A DNA stretch of 64,000 bases from Vicinamibacterales bacterium (GCA_963664545.2 OY761475.2:3679608-3743607); one strand, 5' to 3'; shown: positions 35,351 to 47,371, numbered from the stretch's first letter. Translations and numbers: made by a program. Notes: generated by a model not told the origin, from the sequence alone.

Positions 35351-35518
35351 CTCCGGCCTCCACTATACTCGGCTCGACGCCGCGGGCGGTCATCAGCCGC
35401 TGGGCAAGTGCCCAACCTTTGATGCTTGGCGGGTCTTCAACCTGGACGGGTTGCCGGAGGCGGTGCATCCGCGGGGTCGGGGTCGTCATCAGCGGCGACG
35501 GACGCACGAGGGCCGACG

Positions 35519-36091
35519 ATGGATTCGGGTGACTTCGCGGATCGGCTCCGCCGCCTGCGCGGGGAGCCGGACCCGCGCCGCCGCCGGCTGGCCATGCTCG
35601 CACTGCTCACGGCCCGGCTCGCGCCGCAGGGCATCGAGCCGATCCTGGTGGGGGGGGGCGCCCTGGAGTTCTACACCGCCGGCGGCTACGCGACCGGCGA
35701 TGTGGACCTGGCCCTGCCGTCGGGGCCCGAGGTCGACGCCGCGTTCGCCGCCCTGGGGTTCGAGAAGGAGGGGCGGCTCTGGCATCACGCCGACCTCGAT
35801 CTGTTCTTCGAGGCGCCGGCGCCGGCCGGACTCCCGGGCGAGGACGCCCCGCGGACGGAGGTCGCCGTCGACGGCCTCCCCGTGGTGGTCATCGGCGTCG
35901 AGGACCTGCTCATCGACCGCCTCCGCGCCTGGGTGCACTGGCAGAGCGACGAGGACGGACGCTGGACCCGACGGCTCGCGAAGCTCTACGCGCACCGGCT
36001 GGACTGGGGCTATCTGCGGACGCGGACGAGGGACGTTCCCGAAGAAGCCGAGGCCCTGCGGCGGGTCGAGCAAGAGGCGCGCCGGCCATGA
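35519..36091 (+). CDS. Nucleotidyltransferase-fold protein (hypothetical)
   Basis: Start MDSGDFADRLRRL (ATG 35519). Contains ILVGGGALEFYTAGGYATGDVDLAL, which fits the minimal NTase G-x(9-13)-DxD pattern. Confidence 0.5.
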   Translation: MDSGDFADRLRRLRGEPDPRRRRLAMLALLTARLAPQGIEPILVGGGALEFYTAGGYATGDVDLALPSGPEVDAAFAALGFEKEGRLWHHADLDLFFEAPAPAGLPGEDAPRTEVAVDGLPVVVIGVEDLLIDRLRAWVHWQSDEDGRWTRRLAKLYAHRLDWGYLRTRTRDVPEEAEALRRVEQEARRP

Positions 36092-36294
36092 TCGACTACG
36101 ACGAGTTCCAGGCGGAGGTGCGGCGTCTCAAGCGCGAGCGCTGGGCGAAGATCCTCGCCGCCGAGCCGCCGGGCCGGGTGCCCGGGCGACGGCCGCGCGA
36201 TCCCGAGCAGGAACGCCTGCTGCTCGAGATGGACCGCGCCCGGCTGCAGCGGGAGCAGCCGTCCTTGTTGGCGCGGAAGCCGGGTTCGGACTGA
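36088..36294 (+). CDS. Small charged helical protein (68 aa), translationally coupled to the NTase-fold gene
   Basis: Its ATG overlaps the upstream TGA (ATGA at 36088-36091). Product begins MIDYDEFQAEVRRLKRERWAKIL. No recognisable domain. Confidence 0.4.
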   Translation: MIDYDEFQAEVRRLKRERWAKILAAEPPGRVPGRRPRDPEQERLLLEMDRARLQREQPSLLARKPGSD

Positions 36295-36401
36295 CCGTGC
36301 CGCGGGTTCGCCGAGCCCGTTCCCTCCAGGTCTGGAAGCCGGGCGGCGCCGCCCGGCCGCGGCCTGAGCACGCTCGTGGCGCTGGCGGCCAATCCGCAAC
36401 G

Positions 36402-36779
36402 TCACTGCCGTTCGACGACGATCTCGGCGCTGCTCGGGACCGCCCCGAGCACCGTCGAGTCGCCGTCGATGTTGCCGATGACGTTCACCGCGCTCGCCGG
36501 CCGGATCTCGTCTCCGCGGCTCATGGGCGTCGGCCCCCAGAAGAGGCAGAGCGCGCTGCCGGGCGGCCAGTAGGCCACCGCCCCCTTGTCGACCGTTTCC
36601 GCGGCGTCCGGCGCCTCCGCTGCGTCGACCAGTATGGGAAAGTAGATCTCGTCGCCCCAGGTCTGTACGCGGCCGGTGATCGGCAGCGCGTCCCACACCG
36701 CGTCGGCGGTGGGCGAGTAGTTCAGCGTGGCGGTCACCGTGACGTCACCGGCGCGGATCCGAATCAGTCTGTCGCCCAT
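36402..36779 (-). CDS. Cyclophilin-like superfamily protein (DUF3830-like)
   Basis: IRIRAGDVTVTATLNYSPTADAVWDALPITGRVQTWGDEIYFPI...GAVAYWPPGSALCLFWGPTPMSRGDEIRPASAVNVIGNI matches my recollection of the DUF3830 family. Confidence 0.65.
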   Translation of the reverse strand: MGDRLIRIRAGDVTVTATLNYSPTADAVWDALPITGRVQTWGDEIYFPILVDAAEAPDAAETVDKGAVAYWPPGSALCLFWGPTPMSRGDEIRPASAVNVIGNIDGDSTVLGAVPSSAEIVVERQ

Positions 36780-36860
36780 GCGCGGTTTCTCCTCGATCAG
36801 GGCGGCCGGCCGAAGGCTCGCCGCCCAGGGCCGACCCGGCCGCCGCGTCCGTCGGCGTCG

Positions 36861-37055
36861 TCATCGGGCCTTCCGCGGTCGACGCCTCGGAATAGGGCGG
36901 AGTCCCTTTTCGCTGCCGCCCAGAGCCGCGAGGCGGCGTGCGCTCTCGCGTGCGATCAACACGTCCAGTCCGTGCTCTACAAGGGCCGTCTCGTCCTGGA
37001 TGCCGGTCAGTCGCGTGGCTTCCCGCAGCAGGTCGTCGTCGATGTCGAGCGTCAT
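36861..37055 (-). CDS. VapB-type antitoxin-like protein (64 aa), no cognate PIN gene adjacent
   Basis: Start MTLDIDDDLLREATRLTGIQDETALVEHGLDVLIARESARRLAALGG (ATG 37055). This is the typical VapB_antitoxin pattern (xxLDIDDxLLxEAxxLTG). Confidence 0.65.
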   Translation of the reverse strand: MTLDIDDDLLREATRLTGIQDETALVEHGLDVLIARESARRLAALGGSEKGLRPIPRRRPRKAR

Positions 37056-37158
37056 CCGCACCCGTATAGATATGCACGCAGGGATCACACCCGTCAAGGC
37101 GGTCCGCTGCCGCTCGCGGGATGTTGAGAGCGGGCGGGCACCGAGCGGCGGCGCCGCA

Positions 37159-37194
37159 TTGACATCGAATGTCCATGGGACGTACATTCGATGT
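37159..37194 (+). promoter_or_regulatory. Candidate sigma-70 promoter overlapped by a perfect 11-bp inverted repeat (operator-like)
   Basis: TTGACA (37159-37164), an 18-nt spacer, then TACATT (37183-37188). Inverted repeat acatcgaatgt (37162-37172), N11, acattcgatgt (37184-37194). Lies in the divergent region between vapB-like and the sigma-54 activator. Confidence 0.4.
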
Positions 37195-37232
37195 GCATAC
37201 GTCGTTCACGCATACGGATTCCCCTGGACACG

Positions 37233-38780
37233 ATGCCCCTCTTTCCTCCAGACGAACGCCGCGCCGTCGAGTCGGTCGCACAACTCGCCGCCTGCAACCC
37301 GTTCGTGCCCGAGTTCGTCGAGTGGGAGCGGGCGCTGCTGGGCCCGGACCACGCCGCGGACCGCTCGGTGTGGAACCTGCGCGCGCGGCCCGAGGCGGAG
37401 AACCGGGCCCTCGCGATGGTCGGCGTCATCGCCGAGCGGGCCGCGCGCGGCGCGCGGGAGCGGCTGCGCAGGCGGCCGGCCGCGGACCGCGACGAGCTGA
37501 TTCTCTACGGGCAGATCGTCGCCTACGTCCTGTTCCAGCGCTACGCGGAGCCCCTGCAGCGAACGGATCTGGACACCGCGCGTACGCCCGGACGGGCGGC
37601 CTGCTACCGGCCGTTCCGCCGGGATCTCGAGCACTTCCTCGCGCTGCCGGGGCTGCGGCTGCCGGGGCGCGTCGACCCCGCGCACCTGTTCGCCTGCTGC
37701 CACCAGCTTGTCCGCGCCTTCCGCCTCATCTACCGCCACATCATCGGCGCGTCGCGCCCCGCGGCGCAGCTTCGCGCGGCGGTGTGGCAGTCGATCTTCA
37801 CCCACGACCTGCGCCGCTACTGGCGGTCCCTGTACGACCGGATGCACGACATCACCACCCTCATCACCGGCCCCTCCGGCACCGGGAAGGAGCTGGTGGC
37901 GCGCGCCATCGGCCTGTCGCGCTACGTGCCGTTCGATTCCCGGCGCGAGGCGTTCGCCGCGACCCTCGACGGCGCGTTCCACACCCTGAACCTGTCGGCC
38001 CTGTCGCCCACCCTCATCGAGTCGGAGCTGTTCGGCCACCGCAAGGGCGCCTTCACCGGGGCGGTCCAGGACCGGGTGGGCTGGCTCGAATCGTGCCCGG
38101 CCATGGGCACAGTGCTCCTCGACGAGGTCGGCGAGATCGACGCGTCGATCCAGGTCAAGCTGCTGCGGGTCCTTCAGACGCGCGAGTTCCAGCGCATCGG
38201 CGAGACCACGACCCGCGAGTTCAAGGGGAAGCTCATCGCCGCGACCAACCGCGACCTCGCGGCGGAGATGCGCGCCGGGCGTTTCCGGGAGGACCTGTAC
38301 TACCGCCTCTGCTCGGACCTCGTCGAGACCCCGTCGCTGCGCGACCAGCTCCGCGACGCCCCCGGCGAGCTCCGCAACCTCGTGCTCTTCGTCGGCGAGC
38401 GCGTCGTCGGCGAGGCCGGCGCCCCCGAGCTCGCCGACGAGGTCATGGCGTGCATCGACCGCGACCTCGGCCCCGACTACCCCTGGCCCGGGAACGTGCG
38501 CGAGCTCGAGCAGTGCGTCCGCAACGTGCTGGTCCGCAAACGCTACCGTCCCCCGGCGGTGCCGGCGCAAGGGGCCGACGACGGCGTGGCGGCGGCCCTC
38601 CGGGACGGCGGTCTCACCGCCCGCGAGCTGCTCGGCCGCTACTGCACGACCGTCTACGCCCGCACCGGCAGCTACCAGGAGACCGCGCGCCGGCTCGCCC
38701 TCGATCGGCGCACCGTGAAGCAGCACGTCGACCGCGATCTGCTCGAGAGACTGCGCGGCGGCCCTCCGGCGACCCCCTGA
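37233..38780 (+). CDS. Sigma-54-dependent transcriptional activator (bEBP) with an unrecognised N-terminal sensory region
   Basis: AAA+ sigma-54 interaction domain: [23 protein letters not shown] (GAFTGA loop), [19 protein letters not shown]-terminal Fis-type HTH is [20 protein letters not shown]. The start is set at [10 protein letters not shown] because the candidate promoter would exclude ATG 37191. Confidence 0.85.
   Translation: MPLFPPDERRAVESVAQLAACNPFVPEFVEWERALLGPDHAADRSVWNLRARPEAENRALAMVGVIAERAARGARERLRRRPAADRDELILYGQIVAYVLFQRYAEPLQRTDLDTARTPGRAACYRPFRRDLEHFLALPGLRLPGRVDPAHLFACCHQLVRAFRLIYRHIIGASRPAAQLRAAVWQSIFTHDLRRYWRSLYDRMHDITTLITGPSGTGKELVARAIGLSRYVPFDSRREAFAATLDGAFHTLNLSALSPTLIESELFGHRKGAFTGAVQDRVGWLESCPAMGTVLLDEVGEIDASIQVKLLRVLQTREFQRIGETTTREFKGKLIAATNRDLAAEMRAGRFREDLYYRLCSDLVETPSLRDQLRDAPGELRNLVLFVGERVVGEAGAPELADEVMACIDRDLGPDYPWPGNVRELEQCVRNVLVRKRYRPPAVPAQGADDGVAAALRDGGLTARELLGRYCTTVYARTGSYQETARRLALDRRTVKQHVDRDLLERLRGGPPATP
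38562..38780 (+). repeat. Left copy of the roughly 0.22-kb direct repeat (intact 3' end of the bEBP gene)
   Basis: ccggcgcaaggggccgacgacggcgtggcggcggccctccgggacggcgg...cagctaccaggagaccgcgcgccggctcgccctcgatcggcgcaccgtgaagcagcacgtcgac...tga recurs at 42355-42571. Confidence 0.9.
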
Positions 38781-38903
38781 CCTTCCCGCTCATCCCGCAG
38801 GCGCGCGGCTGGATCCAAGGTGCTCGCGCCGGACGCGGCCCGAAAAGGCGGAGCGTCGGTGACCGCCGCGGCGGGCGGTGGCGCACGTGAGCCGACCACG
38901 CTG

Positions 38904-40436
38904 TCAGCAAAGAAGGTCCCGCATCATCGCGTCGACGGTTCCTGCCGAATCGTCCACGTCGAATGGGTAGCAGGCCATCTCCAGGTCTTGGTCATCGACG
39001 AACCGGAAGTTGATGGTCTCCCGAAACGCCGTCGTCCTCGGATAGACGAGGACCACCCGCCGGCAGCCGTATCTCTTCCCGTAGGCGAAGAGCTGGTACG
39101 CGTCGTCCTGACCGACGCCATGATTCGGTGCGCCGGGGTCGAGACGCTTCCACTTCGCATCCAGGATGAATCGGACCCGCCCCCTCTCGGTCAGGACGAT
39201 GTCCGGCTTCAGCCGAAAAGCGTCCAGGCCGGCGTGGTCCGTTGCCAGAGGTAGCACCGGCCCTTGGGCGCGCACCGTGAAGCGCCGCTGGTGTCGGCGG
39301 ACGGCGGCGGTGACGAAGTCCTCGAATACCTCCTCCATCGGAAACAGCAGCGCCCGGTTGACGTGCGGGCCGGCGAAGGTGGCGAGACCGTGGCCGAACA
39401 GGAACAACCGCACCCAGGGCATCACGGCGTCGTAATGCCGCATCGAACGGTCCACGCGATGCCGCGCCCAGTCGTCGTCCGGGTTCGTGGAGGGCGGCAC
39501 GTCGGAGAAGAGGATGCGCAACTGGTGGACCCGCTGTCGGTTCGCGGGATGACGCACGGCACGCGTCAGCCGCCGCAACGCGAGATGGATCAGACGGTTG
39601 GCGGGCCGGTCCGCGGTGAACTCGTCGTAGCCCACGTAGAACCGTGAGCGGTCGACAAGATTCTCTCGGACGTGCGGCGGGAACAGGATGCGCCCGCGCA
39701 GGCAGGGGAGATTCGCCTCCCGCGTTCGGTACGCCCTGGCGAGGCCTCGACGGGTCAGCAGGATGACGCTCGTCAGGAACAGGTGGACGAAGGCTTCGAG
39801 CATGTCGAAGCGGCGGACTGAACGGATGCCGGCGGCGTCGAGCTGCGCTTGCCCGAGACCGCGCCAGTCTCGCAGCATGGTCAGGAAGACCCTGCGGGTG
39901 TCTTCGTGCAGGCCTGTCGACGAGTCGGCGGAGCCGCGCGCCTGTTCGCCGGTAGAGCTCTTCGGCCGCGCCCTCGTCGATGTCGATGTCGACGAGTCGG
40001 CGGAGCCGCTCGCCGGCTCGCCAGGGTATCCGGCGGGCCATCTCGTCTCGTCCGTGACGTTCGCGAGGTCGATCTTCGGCAGGATTTCGACTACCGTTCC
40101 GCGGCGCGTCTCGATGATTCCGACGTAGTTCTGGGCGTAGAGACGGCGGTTCCGGAGCGCCAGGACGGACCGCCACTCGGCTTCGGTGCCGGCCGGTTGC
40201 GCGAGGGCGAATCTCTCGAGCTCGCGCCGCTCGTTCTCATCGAGCCCGGTCAGTTCTTCGTACTCTCGAACGACCATCTTGCGCCGCGCGCCGCGGCGCG
40301 GACGCCCCGCCAGCGCATCGGTGAGGGAGGCTGGTTGGCTCACGGGTGCGCTTGGTCGTCCGGGTGGGTATCGGCCGCTCGCGTCACGGGGGTCGGCGGG
40401 GTCGGCGGGTCGTTCGTGCCCGCTCACGGTCGGCAT
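38904..40436 (-). CDS. mcrC: McrC-family PD-(D/E)XK endonuclease subunit
   Basis: YVGIIETRRGTVVEILPKI near the N-terminus. C-terminal nuclease motif PDIVLTERGRVRFILDAKWKRL...DAYQLFAYG. ATG 40436 lies 2 nt after the mcrB stop. The Pro/Arg-rich first 53 aa may not be translated (alternative M54 at 40277). A low-complexity insert is encoded by a 21-bp direct repeat at 39917-39937 and 39989-40009. Confidence 0.85.
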   Translation of the reverse strand: MPTVSGHERPADPADPRDASGRYPPGRPSAPVSQPASLTDALAGRPRRGARRKMVVREYEELTGLDENERRELERFALAQPAGTEAEWRSVLALRNRRLYAQNYVGIIETRRGTVVEILPKIDLANVTDETRWPAGYPGEPASGSADSSTSTSTRARPKSSTGEQARGSADSSTGLHEDTRRVFLTMLRDWRGLGQAQLDAAGIRSVRRFDMLEAFVHLFLTSVILLTRRGLARAYRTREANLPCLRGRILFPPHVRENLVDRSRFYVGYDEFTADRPANRLIHLALRRLTRAVRHPANRQRVHQLRILFSDVPPSTNPDDDWARHRVDRSMRHYDAVMPWVRLFLFGHGLATFAGPHVNRALLFPMEEVFEDFVTAAVRRHQRRFTVRAQGPVLPLATDHAGLDAFRLKPDIVLTERGRVRFILDAKWKRLDPGAPNHGVGQDDAYQLFAYGKRYGCRRVVLVYPRTTAFRETINFRFVDDQDLEMACYPFDVDDSAGTVDAMMRDLLC

Positions 40437-40438
40437 GG

Positions 40439-42160
<1,722 letters not shown>

Positions 42161-42354
42161 CGCAGTGTCGGCGCGTCCCCTTTGGTGGCGGTCGTCTCGA
42201 GTATCCTCGTCTTCGTCTGTCGGTTCGACCTGCCGTACGCGACAGTCCGGTCCGATCCGGGGCTCCCCCGCCGGTGATGGGAAGCGCGCCCCATCAACCC
42301 GCCGCGCCGGCGCTTGCGTCCGATTCGCGTGCGGTCGGCGAGATCGACGCGTTA

Positions 42355-42571
42355 CCGGCGCAGCCGGCCGATGACGGCGTGGCGGCGGCCCTCCGGGACG
42401 GCGGCCTCACCGCCCCCGCGAGCTGCTCGGCTGCACGACCGCTACGCCCGCACCGGCAGCTACCAGGAGACCGCGCGCCGGCTCGTCCTCGACCGGCGCA
42501 CCGTGAAGCAGCACGTCGATCGCGATCGACTCGAGAGACTGCGCGGCGGCCGTCCGGCGGCATCCTCCTGA
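42355..42571 (+). repeat. Right copy of the direct repeat: decayed relic of the bEBP 3' end
   Basis: Roughly 90% identical to 38562-38780. Small indels (for example caccgcccccgcgag versus caccgcccgcgag, and ctcggctgcacgaccgctacg versus ctcggccgctactgcacgaccgtctacg) break the frame. The distal part still encodes [35 protein letters not shown]. Confidence 0.85.
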
Positions 42572-42771
42572 CCGCCCGGCTCTACCCGGACGAACGTAAC
42601 CCCGTTGCCTGCTGGGCCAGAGAACCGGCATCGTCCCCGCATCCTGGACATCGGCTGAACAGGAGTAGAGCATTGAATGTCTGCCTCCGGCGTGGTCCCT
42701 TGGCGGCACCCAGGCGGTGTTTCGTCGGCAACCCGCTGACAGAAAGGCATTTACAGGTTCTGAAGGCCACT

Positions 42772-42787
42772 TGGCATTCCATCTGCA
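42772..42787 (+). promoter_or_regulatory. Sigma-54 (-24/-12) promoter-like element
   Basis: TGGCATTCCATCTGCA versus consensus TGGCACG-N4-TTGCW. The GG and GC dinucleotides have the canonical spacing. Lies in a locally AT-richer intergenic stretch 200 bp after the relic bEBP end. A strong RBS (GGGGAGGAAG) and ATG at 42877 follow. Confidence 0.35.
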
Positions 42788-43053
42788 CTTCTGATGCGGC
42801 GGGCACGGACGTGCCGTCACGCTCCGGCCCTCGCCGTCGGCATCCGGGGGGCCACGGCCACGGGGAGGAAGACGCCATGTCGGGATCTAGATCGAGCACG
42901 ACGCCCTTGGTTCTGATTGCCGCCCTGCTGGCCAACGGTTGGTTGCGCGAGCATGAATCACGGCCGCTCGCAGGTGGTCCTGGTGGAATCGGAGCCGCCC
43001 CTCGTCGTCGGTGCGCCGCCTGTGCGCCCGTCGCTTCGCCGGGGTTGGGCCGA

Positions 43054-44481
43054 TCAGGGAAACACGCCCAGCGACAGGTAGGACCGCGCCACCTTCTCGA
43101 TGGCGTTGGTCATGGCCGCGATGCGCAGCGAGCCCATCTCGGGGCGGCGGGCGAGCGTCCCGCGGATCTCGCGGTAGGCGACGGCCATGATCTCCTCGAG
43201 CCCGGAGTTGACGACGGTCAGCTCGTCGGGCCCGCGGATGACGGCGGCGCGCTGGTCCGGGGTGAAGCGGTCGCCGGTGGCCGTCTCGATGGCGCCGAGG
43301 ATGCGGCCGTAGGTGCTCTCCTGGTGCCGTTTCTCGATGCGGCCGAACCCGATGTGGGACAGGTTCTTGAGCCACTCGAAGTAGGACACGATGACCCCGC
43401 CGGCGTTGGCGTAGATGTCGGGGATGATGAGGACCCCCTTGTCGGCGAGGACCGCGTCGGCCTCCGGCGTGGTCGGCCCGTTGGCCCCCTCCAGCAGGAT
43501 GCGGGCCTGCAGGCGGGGGGCGTTCTCGTCGGTGATCTGGTGCTCGAGGGCGGCGGGAATCAGGACATCGCACGGCAGCTCGAGCGCCGCGCGGGTGTCG
43601 GCGAGGGTGGCGGCGCCGGGGAGGTCGAGAATCGAGCCGGTGGCGTCGCGGTGGCGCCGGACGGCCTCGGGGTCGAGGCCGCGGGGGTCGGCCACGGCAC
43701 CGTCGTGCTCGGCGATGCCGACGATGACGGCGCCCGCCTCGTGGCACGACTTCGCCGCCCAGTAGCCCACCTTCCCGAGGCCCTGCACGACGATGCGCTT
43801 GCCCTCGACGCCGGGCGCGAGGCCGATGCGGCGCATGTCGTCGGCGTCGCCGCAGGCCTCGCGCAGCACGTAGAACAGCCCGCGCCCCGTCGCCTCGGTG
43901 CGTCCCCGAATGCCGCTGAGCTCGACGGGCTTGCCGGTCACGCAGCCGAGGGCGTCGATCTGGTCGGGGCGCAGGGCCGCGTAGGTGTCGGCGATCCACG
44001 CCATCTCGCGGCTGCTCGTGCCGTAGTCGGGGGCGGGCACGTCGACGGCGGGGCCGATGAAGTTCTTGCGCACGAGCTCGTGCGTATAGCGGCGGGTGAT
44101 GCGCTCGAGCTGGTCCAGGCTGTAGGCCCCGGCGTCTATCTGCACCGCGCCCTTGGCGCCGCCGAAGGGGACGTCGACGATGGCGCACTTGTAGGTCATG
44201 AGGGCGGCGAGGGCCATGACCTCGTCCTCGTCGACCTGCGCGCTGTAGCGGATGCCGCCCTTCAGGGGCAGCCGGTGGTGGCTGTGCTCGACCCGCCACG
44301 CCCGGACGACCTCGAGGCCGCCGTCGGGCTGCCGCACCGGAAAGTCGAAGCGGTAGAGCGCGTTGCAGCGCTTGATCTGGTCGAGCAGGCCGGCCGGGTG
44401 GTCGGTGAACGACGCGGCGCGGTCGAAGATGCTCGACAGGTCGGAGAAGAACCGGTGGTGGCGCCTCGGCATCGCGGGCAT
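43054..44481 (-). CDS. Glu/Leu/Phe/Val-family dehydrogenase (glutamate dehydrogenase-like)
   Basis: Start MPAMPRRHH (ATG 44481, or 44472). Contains [25 protein letters not shown], and the Rossmann motif [13 protein letters not shown]. The 772-aa track ORF is a shadow extension. Confidence 0.85.
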   Translation of the reverse strand: MPAMPRRHHRFFSDLSSIFDRAASFTDHPAGLLDQIKRCNALYRFDFPVRQPDGGLEVVRAWRVEHSHHRLPLKGGIRYSAQVDEDEVMALAALMTYKCAIVDVPFGGAKGAVQIDAGAYSLDQLERITRRYTHELVRKNFIGPAVDVPAPDYGTSSREMAWIADTYAALRPDQIDALGCVTGKPVELSGIRGRTEATGRGLFYVLREACGDADDMRRIGLAPGVEGKRIVVQGLGKVGYWAAKSCHEAGAVIVGIAEHDGAVADPRGLDPEAVRRHRDATGSILDLPGAATLADTRAALELPCDVLIPAALEHQITDENAPRLQARILLEGANGPTTPEADAVLADKGVLIIPDIYANAGGVIVSYFEWLKNLSHIGFGRIEKRHQESTYGRILGAIETATGDRFTPDQRAAVIRGPDELTVVNSGLEEIMAVAYREIRGTLARRPEMGSLRIAAMTNAIEKVARSYLSLGVFP

Positions 44482-44525
44482 CGGCGCACGCCCCGCGTAG
44501 CGCGGGGCGTGCAACCGTGGAAGGG

Positions 44526-46553
44526 CTACGGCAGCGCGTAGGCGAGCAGGGTCGCCGACTGGCCGCCGCCGCTCGTGGCCAGCACGATGAACTGCCGGCC
44601 GTCGACCTCGTAGGTCATCGGTGAGCCGCTCTGGGGGGCGGTCATGTACACCGCGCCCACCTCCTCGCCGGTGGCCTTGTCGTAGGCGCGCAGCATCGCC
44701 CCCGTGTCGCCGAACTCGGTCGTGTACATGCCCGACTCGCCGGCGACGACGAGGGTCTTCGTCACCAGCACGCCGATGCGGCCCGGCCAACCGGTGCGGC
44801 CGATGTCCTGCCCGTCGAGCAGCCGGTGGTTCCGGATGTTGTCGGGGGCCTCGCCGTGGGGGATCTGCCACGCGATGTCCCCGGCGTTCATGTCGACGGC
44901 GGTGATGCGTCCCCACGGCGGCTTGATCATCGGGAACCCGTCGATGCTCGTCGACGCGTCGCGGAAGCCGACGCCCGGAGGCCGCCCGCGGATGAAGTCC
45001 ATGTCCGACCGCTCCGGGTCGTTGACCAGCCCGAGGACCCCGACCTGGGTCTTGGTGTAGATGTAGAAGAAGCCGGTCTCGGGGTCGGCCGACCCGCCGG
45101 GCCAGTTCACGCCCCCCGTCGAGTTGGGGAGCTGCAGGGTGCCGAGCATGCCCGGCTCGGCCACCGTCGGCGGGTCGTAGAGCCAGCCGATGGTGTGGCG
45201 GTTGTAGATCTCCATGGCCCGGGTGAACAGCTCCGGCGTGTAGTCGACGAGGTCGTCGATGCTGAGGTCGACGTCGTCGACGTTGGGCGGCTTCATGGGG
45301 ATCGGCTGGGTCGGCGCGTACCACTCGCCGGGCACGTTCCCCGCCCGCACCGGAACCTCCGGAATCGGCCACACCGGCTCGCCGGTCGCGCGGTCAAGCA
45401 CGAACATGTAGGACTGCTTGGTGGGCAGGATCAGGGCCTTGATGTCCCGGCCGTCGACGGTGATGTCGAGCAGCACGGGGGCCGCCGGCAGGTCCCAGTC
45501 CCAGATGTCGTGGTGCACGGTCTGGTAGTGCCACTCCCGCTCGCCGGTGTCGAGGTCGACGGCGACGACGCTGCCCGAGTAGAGGTTGTCGCCGGGCCGG
45601 TGGCCGCCGTAGTAGTCGCCGGTGGGCGCCTCGACCGCGAAGTACGCCATGTTCAGCTCGGGGTCGACGCTCCACTGCGCCCACACCCCGGTGTTGCCGG
45701 TGTAGCGCCACGAGTCGTTCAGCCAGGTGCTGTTGCCGAACTCGTCGCCGCTGGGGATGGTGTGGAAGATCCACTTGCGGTCGCCGCTGCGGGCGTCGAA
45801 GCCGCGCACGTAGCCCTTGACGTTGGTGCGCGACGGCGGTGCCCCGCCGGGCCGGTGGGCGGCCCCGATGAGGACGGTGTCGCCGGCCACGATGGGCGCG
45901 GCGTGCAGCCCGATCTCGGAGGTCGGCTCGAGGTCCTGGTCGATGTTCTGCTTCAGGTCGACGATGCCGTTCGTCCCGAAGCCCTCCTCCTCGTAGCCGG
46001 TGCGGGCGTCGACGGCCACGAGCTGGTAGCCGGGGGTCACGTAGAAGACGACCCCGTCGCCGCCGTCGTCCCAGTACGCGAGCCCGCGGCCCGACAGCCG
46101 GCGCGGCGCCGTCTCGCCGCGCTCGCCCTCGTCGACGCGGTGCATCCACAGCAGCTCGCCCGTCGCGGCGTCGAGGGCGACGGCGGCGCGGCGCGACCCC
46201 GCGGTGACGTAGAGGATGCCGTTGACCATCAGCGGCGTCGACTGGTAGTTCGTCTCGGGCCGGGGGCCGAAGCTGTCGGTGTTGAACTGCCAGGCCAGCT
46301 CCAGCTCGCTGAAGTTCTCGGCCGTGATCTGGTCGAGGGGCGAGTAGCGGTCGTGCGAGAGGTTGCCGCCGTAGGACGGCCACTCGCCGTCGGCCGTCGA
46401 CAGCTCCTGGGCCGCCGCGCCTCCGGGCATGGACAGCAGCACGGCCGTCGCGGCGGCCGCGATCGTCATCGATCTCGTGGTCATGAACAGGTTCCTCTTC
46501 ATCGTCGTCGCCGGGCGCGATGGCACTCGGTCACATCGGGATGCGGCGATCAA
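44526..46553 (-). CDS. PQQ-dependent dehydrogenase, glucose/quinate-type soluble paralog 3
   Basis: 675 aa with a signal peptide. [31 protein letters not shown] and [15 protein letters not shown] are collinear with the other two paralogs. Confidence 0.9.
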   Translation of the reverse strand: MIAASRCDRVPSRPATTMKRNLFMTTRSMTIAAAATAVLLSMPGGAAAQELSTADGEWPSYGGNLSHDRYSPLDQITAENFSELELAWQFNTDSFGPRPETNYQSTPLMVNGILYVTAGSRRAAVALDAATGELLWMHRVDEGERGETAPRRLSGRGLAYWDDGGDGVVFYVTPGYQLVAVDARTGYEEEGFGTNGIVDLKQNIDQDLEPTSEIGLHAAPIVAGDTVLIGAAHRPGGAPPSRTNVKGYVRGFDARSGDRKWIFHTIPSGDEFGNSTWLNDSWRYTGNTGVWAQWSVDPELNMAYFAVEAPTGDYYGGHRPGDNLYSGSVVAVDLDTGEREWHYQTVHHDIWDWDLPAAPVLLDITVDGRDIKALILPTKQSYMFVLDRATGEPVWPIPEVPVRAGNVPGEWYAPTQPIPMKPPNVDDVDLSIDDLVDYTPELFTRAMEIYNRHTIGWLYDPPTVAEPGMLGTLQLPNSTGGVNWPGGSADPETGFFYIYTKTQVGVLGLVNDPERSDMDFIRGRPPGVGFRDASTSIDGFPMIKPPWGRITAVDMNAGDIAWQIPHGEAPDNIRNHRLLDGQDIGRTGWPGRIGVLVTKTLVVAGESGMYTTEFGDTGAMLRAYDKATGEEVGAVYMTAPQSGSPMTYEVDGRQFIVLATSGGGQSATLLAYALP

Positions 46554-46679
46554 GGTCTGGGCGCAACAATGCCCACAGACGGATCATAGCGAAAAATCGG
46601 CGATGTGCGGGACCTGCCCGGCCGGGCCTCGTCAGGTTCCCGCCCGCTGCTCGACGGCCAAGGCAGAGGCAGAGTCCGA

Positions 46680-47114
46680 TCAGGCGTCCGGGAGGTTCAG
46701 GACTTCCACGTCGAGACCCTCCACGAGCCGGAAGTGCCGCTCGTCGGACGAACCGACCAGCACCGGGAACCCCAGGTGCACCGCGGTCGCGGCCACGGCG
46801 AGGTCGTTGGTCGGAATGAGCGTTCCGCCGCGGCGCAGGCGCGCGAACAGACGCGCCCAGGCGTCCGCGATCGCGGCATCGAACTCAACGACCGGCACCC
46901 GGACCGCCAGACCCTCCACGCGGGCCCGGCGGGCCGCGGCGCGCGCGGCGCTGTCCGCCAGGTAGACGCCCGCCAGGAGCTCGGCGTAGGCGGCCGCGGG
47001 CAGCACCGCGCGTTCGCCCTCCAGTCGGCCGATCACGTCGGTCCAGGCCGCGCCGGTCTTCCCTGGGTGCCGCTCGGCCGCGACGAGCGCGCTGGTGTCG
47101 ACTACGACGCCCAT
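46680..47114 (-). CDS. vapC: PIN-domain toxin VapC
   Basis: [11 protein letters not shown] at the N-terminus, then [16 protein letters not shown] and SSDERHF, which are the PIN acidic residues. Overlaps the upstream antitoxin by 13 nt. Confidence 0.8.
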   Translation of the reverse strand: MGVVVDTSALVAAERHPGKTGAAWTDVIGRLEGERAVLPAAAYAELLAGVYLADSAARAAARRARVEGLAVRVPVVEFDAAIADAWARLFARLRRGGTLIPTNDLAVAATAVHLGFPVLVGSSDERHFRLVEGLDVEVLNLPDA

Positions 47115-47371
47115 GGATCGTCCGGCGGCCGGTCTGACGCGCCGATCGCGGCGAGGTCGTCCGCGAACGCGGGATCGGCGTCCGCGTCGCTCAGCCAGGC
47201 GTCGAGCGCCTCGCCCACGGTGGCGGTGGCCGCCGTGGAGGCGATCGGGGTCAGCCGCGCCACCCGAGCGCCGTTCCGCTCGACGACGAACGAGTCGTTC
47301 CGATACCGGACTCTCGCCAGGACATCACCCAAGTTCCGGGCGAGCTCCGTCGCGCGAATGATGTGCTCCAT
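47102..47371 (-). CDS. Phd/YefM-type antitoxin
   Basis: [43 protein letters not shown]. Encoded upstream of and overlapping vapC. Confidence 0.75.
   Translation of the reverse strand: MEHIIRATELARNLGDVLARVRYRNDSFVVERNGARVARLTPIASTAATATVGEALDAWLSDADADPAFADDLAAIGASDRPPDDPWAS

Noticed and set aside
42877-44541. A 555-aa protein starting at the strong RBS and ATG at 42877.
   Set aside because: It runs antisense through the whole gdh-like gene and has no motifs after the first ~25 residues. Only the start region is noted, in the sigma-54 promoter finding.
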